Notes under the pieces: model-generated
The model's input: only the letters and a program-made list of their open reading frames with translations
Database searches by the model: none
Told to the model about the DNA's origin: nothing
Program-made: the position numbers and the translations under genes
Origin: Microbotryum violaceum
Taxonomy: Eukaryota
Assembly: GCA_001244265.2 (NCBI GenBank)
Contig: CDLV01000005.1
Location: 2,542,001-2,606,000 of the forward strand
DNA length: 64,000 bases
Reading direction: 5' to 3'
Part shown: positions 57,578-64,000 of the stretch, in pieces
How positions within the stretch are numbered: the first letter of the stretch is position 1
Layout: each line of letters opens with the position of its first letter

Positions 57578-60500
57578 TGCTTAAGTGCACTATCAAATAA
57601 AAATAATCAAAACGGAAAATGGGTTAATGCCGCGAGCAAATGGTGCAATTACGAATTACGCGCGCGCGTTTACCCCCGAAGCTTGACCCATCTACCCCCG
57701 GTGGTAAGGTGCAAAGTTCACTTACAAATGGTGCATTCTTCGCACAAGTTGGTGCGTTTGCTCCCGAAAGAAGGTGCGTTTACCAATTAAGGATGGTGCA
57801 TCTACCACCGTCGTAGTTGAGCAATTCGCTGTATCTCGTGTAGTATGACATGTATCACACTGAAACTTGACGAGCCCTCTTGAATGATCACCAAGTACGT
57901 CCACCTACAGTAAGAAGCACTCTCACCCGGCGCATCTCATGCATGTAGTTGGAAATTGTGCCCGTACTGGCAGGGCCGTCCTTCGTCCCGGAGTAACAAA
58001 TCCCCCCTTGTTAAGTTCGGCGAAGGCCCCCGGAATCATTTCAGCCACCTCTTCTTCCTACCGAACTGAGAGCACCAATCACGTTGGTGCTGCTAGATCT
58101 GTCCATAAGGGGTGGGACACCTCGTAGTATAGCATTGCTTACCGCATTTCCTACCTCAGCAACTTGGACAAGGAAGATCATTGACTCGGATTGCCGCTTC
58201 AAATCATCGAACCTGTCCTAGTATATCTAGCTCATCACCAAGTGCTCTCGCAATTTTCACTAGCTGCAAATATCACCTTATTAAGTACACTTCCTGCAGT
58301 TCTACTCATCATGGCACGGTTTAGGATCGACAATCTCACTCCTCTTCTTGCAGTGCCCAGAAGTCACTAGAACATGACCAATGTGAGTGCTCTGGTGATA
58401 ACGATCCGCTGCAATTTGGAAGGAGCCTATACCTTGAGCAATTGACTTCAACATCAAAGTTGTCTGGCGAGCCCGACATTGAGTGCAAGGCTTCAGCAAA
58501 ACCGCGCAGCTTTGAAAGAGGGTTCTTCCCTCTTGCGCTTCGATCGGCGAGGACTTGGGGCGCTTGTGGATATGGCGGTAGTTGACCAAGCGGCCAATTT
58601 TTGATACCTTGAAAAGGATCCAATGACCTCGCGTGACTCGGACACCGGCAGAGGGGGAGTAGGGTCGACCCCTTTACGACCCTCTGGAGTCTCATTGGCG
58701 GCGTACCCGGCATCAGACCAATCGTTGCGTTTAACGGTGCTGGGGAGCTTCCCGGGTTTCGTGGAAATAGCGGAGTGGTACGTTGAGGGTCGAATTTGGA
58801 ATCAGCGGTGTCCATCGTGCCGTTGGAAAGATCAATTAGGACAGGGGTAGGCGCAGAAGTTTCAACCTCTGGCGATCCCAGGGGTTTCCCTTCGAGCCCC
58901 AGCAAGTTCTCCTTGAGCGCGAGTGGGACAGATTCTGCACACACAAGAGTATCAGAATCAATTTAACGTGGTCTGTCACTAAGATTAGATCATTGAGATC
59001 AACAGTAGAATGAGTGACCGGGAAGCGGCGGAGGAGCTTCAGTCCCCTCCGTCAAACCGAGGGGAGGGGGGGTCAGAGTTTGCTTCCGACTCCATGTCAC
59101 ACCGCAAGCGAGCAGGTATAAAAACTTCCAACATGTTCTCTTGATTTACTTGGCCCAAAGGCCCGGTTAGGATGGCGAGTGACTCGGTGGATCTTCTCCC
59201 ACGTTTTGGAATAGTCGGGCAGCACCTTCTCGCGTAAATTGAGAATAAACCCGAGTCAGCGATGCAATCAACAGACAAGTACAGGTCTCTCTTGGACACA
59301 TCACGATAATTGTGATTCGCTTTGGAACGCAGTGCTACGGGTGCTGCCACAACGAAGCACTATCTGACGAGCAATAGTCCGCATAACCGCGGCCGGTTTC
59401 CCGACCGATTCTAGAGTCCCCCGGCCCTCATGGTCGCCAAGCTTGTAGATCATGGCGACCGAGAAATTGCTGAATGGAATCACAATCTTACAAAAATCTA
59501 GTGCGGGTAATGAAATGGGTCTCAGTGCATGCGCAAAAGCCAAGAACCCAAAGACCGCAAACAAAGGATCTCTGAGTCTGAAGTTTCGGCCAACTCACCT
59601 TCAAGTGTGAAGAGCATTCGCACTCGAAATCTTTGTCCTTCGGCCGCACCTTTGCGTGATTCATTCCAAGTGGATTGCAAGTTGTCGCCGATCAGCGGGT
59701 GCCATTCGATCAATGTCATGTGATCCGCCGGACGCTGAAGGATAGAGATCGATGGAGCACCGTGAGGTATTTTTACTACGGCGACAAAACGTTCCTATTT
59801 GCACGCTGTCCATTCGTGCTCCTGTCCCGGTTGATTTCGCCAATGAAGGATAGGAGGAGGATTGTTGAGGAAGAATGTTGTCAGTTCTGCTTTCCACTCG
59901 GCAACTTCGACTAGCCACCAATGACTGCTTATGCTTGGAACCACTATCGACATACTTCGGTGGCCATGTACAAAGGAAGCTCGAGAATTGGTCTGCTCTC
60001 CTTGAGCTTACATTCGTCTGCTTTCCTTCGGTCACCAAGAATCAGCGGCCATTGCCGTAGTCGGCTTTCTCTTCTGCCGACCAGACGCGGTTCGACGGCA
60101 TGATCGCTTGACGTTTTGCTTACATTTGTCATACTCTAGCTGTAGATGGTTGGGTGCACGAGATTCGAGGAGGGTGACGACTTGGCACAGTCGACCCTTG
60201 GCTTCTTCGCCGCCATCAAAGGAGCTGGCTTCGGAGTAGTCGACGGCGGAATGCGAGTCGACATCCTCGGGAGCAGGCCCCAGGAGACATTGAGATTTGA
60301 TTGGAGTATGTCAATGAGGGAGATTGGTCAAGGTAATCGGGTGCCGGCTGACACAAGTCTTTCTTCTGGGTAGACGTTGGTAGAGGACGTCACGGAGGCG
60401 CCACGTGCAGGTGGGTCACGTCGATTGGTCGGTTCCTAATGCGGGGTCGGCAACCTCGGCCTTGTTCTGGAGGGATGCATTAATCTGCTGGCTGGACATG

Positions 60501-61760
60501 ACGCATGCGACACGGTCATTGCAACCAAGGCGAGTATCGGTTTAGGGCAACGAATGGTAGGAACTGGCGTGGCGCGGTGGGCAAGTTGAAAGTAGAAGTC
60601 GTCTGGCAATTGGCGCGACGCGACGCGTCAGGCAGGCTGCGAATGGCCACCGGTCCGTATGATCCAAATAGATCCAAACCCGCGTGCGATATCACTAAGT
60701 ATACTCGCGCGAATCGCGAATCAATTCCCAGATTGAGCGGTCAGAGTCAGACAATCTAACCTGTTGCATAGCATAGCATCCAAATTGCGGGCTGAATCAA
60801 GCAGGCGACGAGCCGCTGCATCGGCTTTCGGCAGCTCCCCCGGTCTCGGAAACGTGATTGTAGGCTTTAGCTATACCATAGTTTTGAAGGGTCTTGAGGT
60901 GTGGTAGACAAAAATACAGGGAACGTGATTCCCTGGACTGAAGAGGGTTGGTGTCCGAGACTGCGCATATGCGGGGTTGATGGATCCGGCAGCGCCGTGT
61001 CGGCGCTCCCACCAAAACTCCCGAGCAAGCATGGAGTCTGTATCCCCTTAGACTTGCTCTGTATCGCCATGGGAAATACCCAGTAAGAGTAACGCATTAA
61101 CCTCATCTCCAACTCCCGTAGGTCCAAGCCAAAGTATACCAAATCCCTGACAACCCAGGTATCTACAATTGAACCCCCCGGCCAAGGACGGGCCGGGGAA
61201 TGGGGCCGATGGCGGGGAATGGTAGACCTCCCCAGCTCGGAGTTTCTCTGAAATTCGAGCCTACACGGTCTTGGTTGGGGATTTCGCACGGATCCGCTCC
61301 TGGTTTCCGCAGGGTCTGACTCGCGCTAGCTTTGCGGTGCTGGATCATACGGATTCCACGGTGGACCGAGAAGATGTTGAGATTGTCATTTCTGAGCGCA
61401 TGAAACCTGAAGGTTAATCAATTGTTTGGGGATGCTTAACATTTACTTCATTCATAGCAACCGCTAGTGAGCTGATGCTGTAATGTTTTTACATTCCATA
61501 AGGATTCCAGAGTACCAAAATCTAAGTTTTGCAGAAGGGTTTCATAAGGAGCGCGTACTGGACACGGACTTCGTACGAGCGAGGGTCGCGCGTGTACTCC
61601 TTCGGTCTACAGGGATCATCAGATTGACGCGGCGGAGCGGATTGCTGGACTTGAACTAAGATCAGCGCTACTTTAAAAGTTGGTAAAGTTAGCTGTCTAC
61701 GTTTGTCTACGTCAAGTCTTCCTCGCCGGGTATACTCTATACGCAGAGAGACATGCTAAA

Positions 61761-62177
61761 CTAGGGCTCGGGGGGCGCTCCGCGCCCACCTCCCTGCGTA
61801 AATGAAGGTCGTTGCAAGCTCCGCCCGCACATCCCGGACCGTGGGGGGGGGGGAAGAAAAAAAGATCGGCGCGCGCGCGCTCTGCTGAGAGCATTATTTT
61901 ATGTAGACTAGGGCTCGGGCGACGGGGGGCGCTCCCTGCGTAAATTAAATGAAGGTCGTTGCGAGCTCCGCCCGGCGCCCGCACCTCTCAGACCGGGGGG
62001 GGGGGGGGGGGCGAGAAAAAAGATCGGCGTGTGCGCGTGCGCGGCTGAGAACCTTATGCTTATTTAGTCGTATTTTATGTAGATGTAGATAGATGTAGGT
62101 AGATGTAGATAGATGTAGGTAGATGTAGATAAATGTAGATAGATGTAGGTAGATGTAGATAAATGTAGATAGATAGA
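61761..62177 (-). mobile_element. Non-autonomous Helitron, two head-to-tail copies
   Basis: Minus strand: A|TCTATCTATCTAC... 5' end, an internal CTAG|TC junction at 61908/61907, and a terminal hairpin GGGCGC-GGA-GCGCCC 8 nt before CTAG|T at 61761. The two units are ~150-bp imperfect direct repeats. Confidence 0.75.
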
Positions 62178-62180
62178 TAG
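62077..62180. repeat. 10-bp minisatellite (ATGTAGATAG and variants) forming the Helitron 5' end
   Basis: About ten consecutive atgtag(a/g)ta(g/a) units. Confidence 0.9.
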
Positions 62181-62270
62181 AAGTCTGAGCCGGATAGCCC
62201 CGGTGTCAGCCGTCAGCCGGTCAGCCTCTTACGACGCTGTGTTTTATGCCGCCAATCTGCAAAGGCCGGC

Positions 62271-62302
62271 TTCAGACGTTCAGACGTTCAGACGTTCAGA
62301 CG
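62271..62302. repeat. (TTCAGACG) x4 tandem repeat
   Basis: Read directly. Confidence 0.85.
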
Positions 62303-64000
62303 ACGCCTAATAATCGGTCGTATCAGCGCTGCCATACCTGGCATACCTAAAGTGAAATCTTCGCATTATCTTCCAGCTGGTACACAAGCATGCTATCTTC
62401 CGCGCACAGGTACATACTCGCTTCCACCAGTCAGCCAGGTGCATGATTTGCTGGCACCTGCCATTGGGAGGTGGGCGCTGAGACGGCGCTGGGCAGGACG
62501 GGTGAGCCGGCGTCCAGCGCTCAGCAAGTTTTGCCCACTCGCCAGCCTTCGCGCGCGAGGAGCGCGCACGATGATTGGCAGTGATTATTAGAGTTGGGAC
62601 GTCGTTCGCGAGAGTTTCAAAGTTTGGATTCTTTCCCGGGTCGCACTGGTCGCCGGTACCGATTTCCAAGCCCCACCCAGGACACCTCGTAGCCTCCCGG
62701 CATAGCCTCACCCACGGGGCCACCACCTCCTGATTGAAAGTCTGAACTGACAGCAAAAATGCTGGCGATTACTCAGACACATCATTAGCGTTTTTAGATT
62801 GCTGGAAGTAATCAGAAAGCCCAAGCTCAACGCAAGGGCCGCGCGACCGGCCATGTTTCGGCGACTTGGCGAATAGGAGGCGCGCACAAGCCGCCGACGC
62901 AACTCACGTGGTGGTGGGTGGTCTCTCCTAACGGGCTGAGCCACGCGACAGGGGGGTTCCACTAGAGTTCAGCTATCAGCCCCTGAATTCGGGGATTTGG
63001 GTATCGATGGACCAAAGTTCTCGCTCACGTGCTCGGAATCAATTGAAGTTCGGGGTCGCCTTCTGACGCCGCGCTTGAAGTGTCGGCTTAGTAGGCACCC
63101 GAAGCCGATCTCGAAGCCCCGCTGCGAGGACTGTAGACAGGCACCGATACCGACGTTTTCTTACCACTCTCCCGCATTCGAGGCGGACAGCCGGTGCTCG
63201 CAGGGTCGAAAGTGTCCTCGCAGCGACGGCCACGAGGATCTGATTGGCATTCAAACAGCGAGGTGCGTGACGTCGTTGTGGTTCGCGCTAGCAGCACCGA
63301 GGACGTCCGACGCTCACGCTTTTCCCGGAGAAGAAGAAAGGCGATGGAGCAGGGCAATACGCCTATATCGGACTTAGTGTTTGCATACTAGGTTGGTTTG
63401 TTAAGTTGCTACTGCGCGTACGGCGAGTACTAAAAATAAAATAAAATCGCGACAAGCTCCTCGAGCTTGAGGGTCCAGGGATTAGGGAATGGTAGGTGTG
63501 CTTAGCGCATCGATCTCCTCTTTCGCCAGCCTGATCGCGGGGCCGGTTTTTGATCAGCATGATCGCGGCTTTTCACAAAATAAGGCATCTCACACAGGTA
63601 CCTGCGTACTTTACCTCCCTCCCTCCCTCCCATCCCCTCCCCCATCCCTCACCCACCTTGCACCTTTGTCAGCTGCCGCACTTGCTTACCTACCGTTCGC
63701 GTGCGCCGAGCAGCACGGTCAGTAGTTGGTAGCAGGCCGAGGCTGTGTCCGCCCAGGTCGGTCAGGTCGTACGGGCCCTGCACGATCGCGCTTTCGACGC
63801 AGCGCCGAACTCGCGCTCGGGGGTGACGGGTTGCTCAACCCAGGGCCTGAGTTGGCAAAGTTATGATTCATCGACCGGCTCGTGACCTCCCACCGGACTC
63901 TTCACCACCGGACTCACCCCCGGTTGCATCGACTTCCCGGCTTCCCGAATCCTTGAGCCCGGATGGTCAACTCGATGGCGACGCCGGTGACGAGCTGTTC

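Noticed and set aside
61690..62310. CRISPR-like or telomeric array interpretation of the repeats
   Set aside because: Eukaryotic context, no repeat-spacer structure and no TTAGGG tracts; better explained as a Helitron plus minisatellites.

Overview
Eukaryotic, intron-rich DNA with GT-AG introns and CTRAC-like branch points. Gene content and intron style indicate a basidiomycete fungus, most likely a Pucciniomycotina/Microbotryomycetes yeast (inference). Bases 1-54.3 kb are gene-dense, with about 20 multi-exon genes that I spliced by hand: an ArfGAP (partial), a KPWE/PEX39-like protein, a two-domain type I membrane protein, FUR1, two tandem rhodaneses, a PalI/Sur7 protein, an F-box protein, BMT6, a mitochondrial-type 2xRRM protein, a disordered unknown protein, a decaying DHA2 MFS transporter, two tandem CDC11 septins, PUT1, AVL9, DIP2/UTP12, a frameshifted GH28 endopolygalacturonase, an allantoicase-ureidoglycolate lyase fusion, cytosolic TrpRS and a Pcl/Clg1-type cyclin. 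The last ~9.5 kb is gene-poor and holds transposon relics. The most notable observations are: an intact tandem CDC11 pair; a head-to-tail mini-Helitron dimer in which the upstream copy has lost its terminator hairpin; a TrpRS first intron whose retention gives a Trp-Trp-containing uORF; a start codon split by an intron (BMT6); two GTTGAGT 5' splice sites; GC-AG introns; and 4-19 nt microexons. I found no convincing wholly new multi-gene system. All calls come from reading the sequence; no database search was run.
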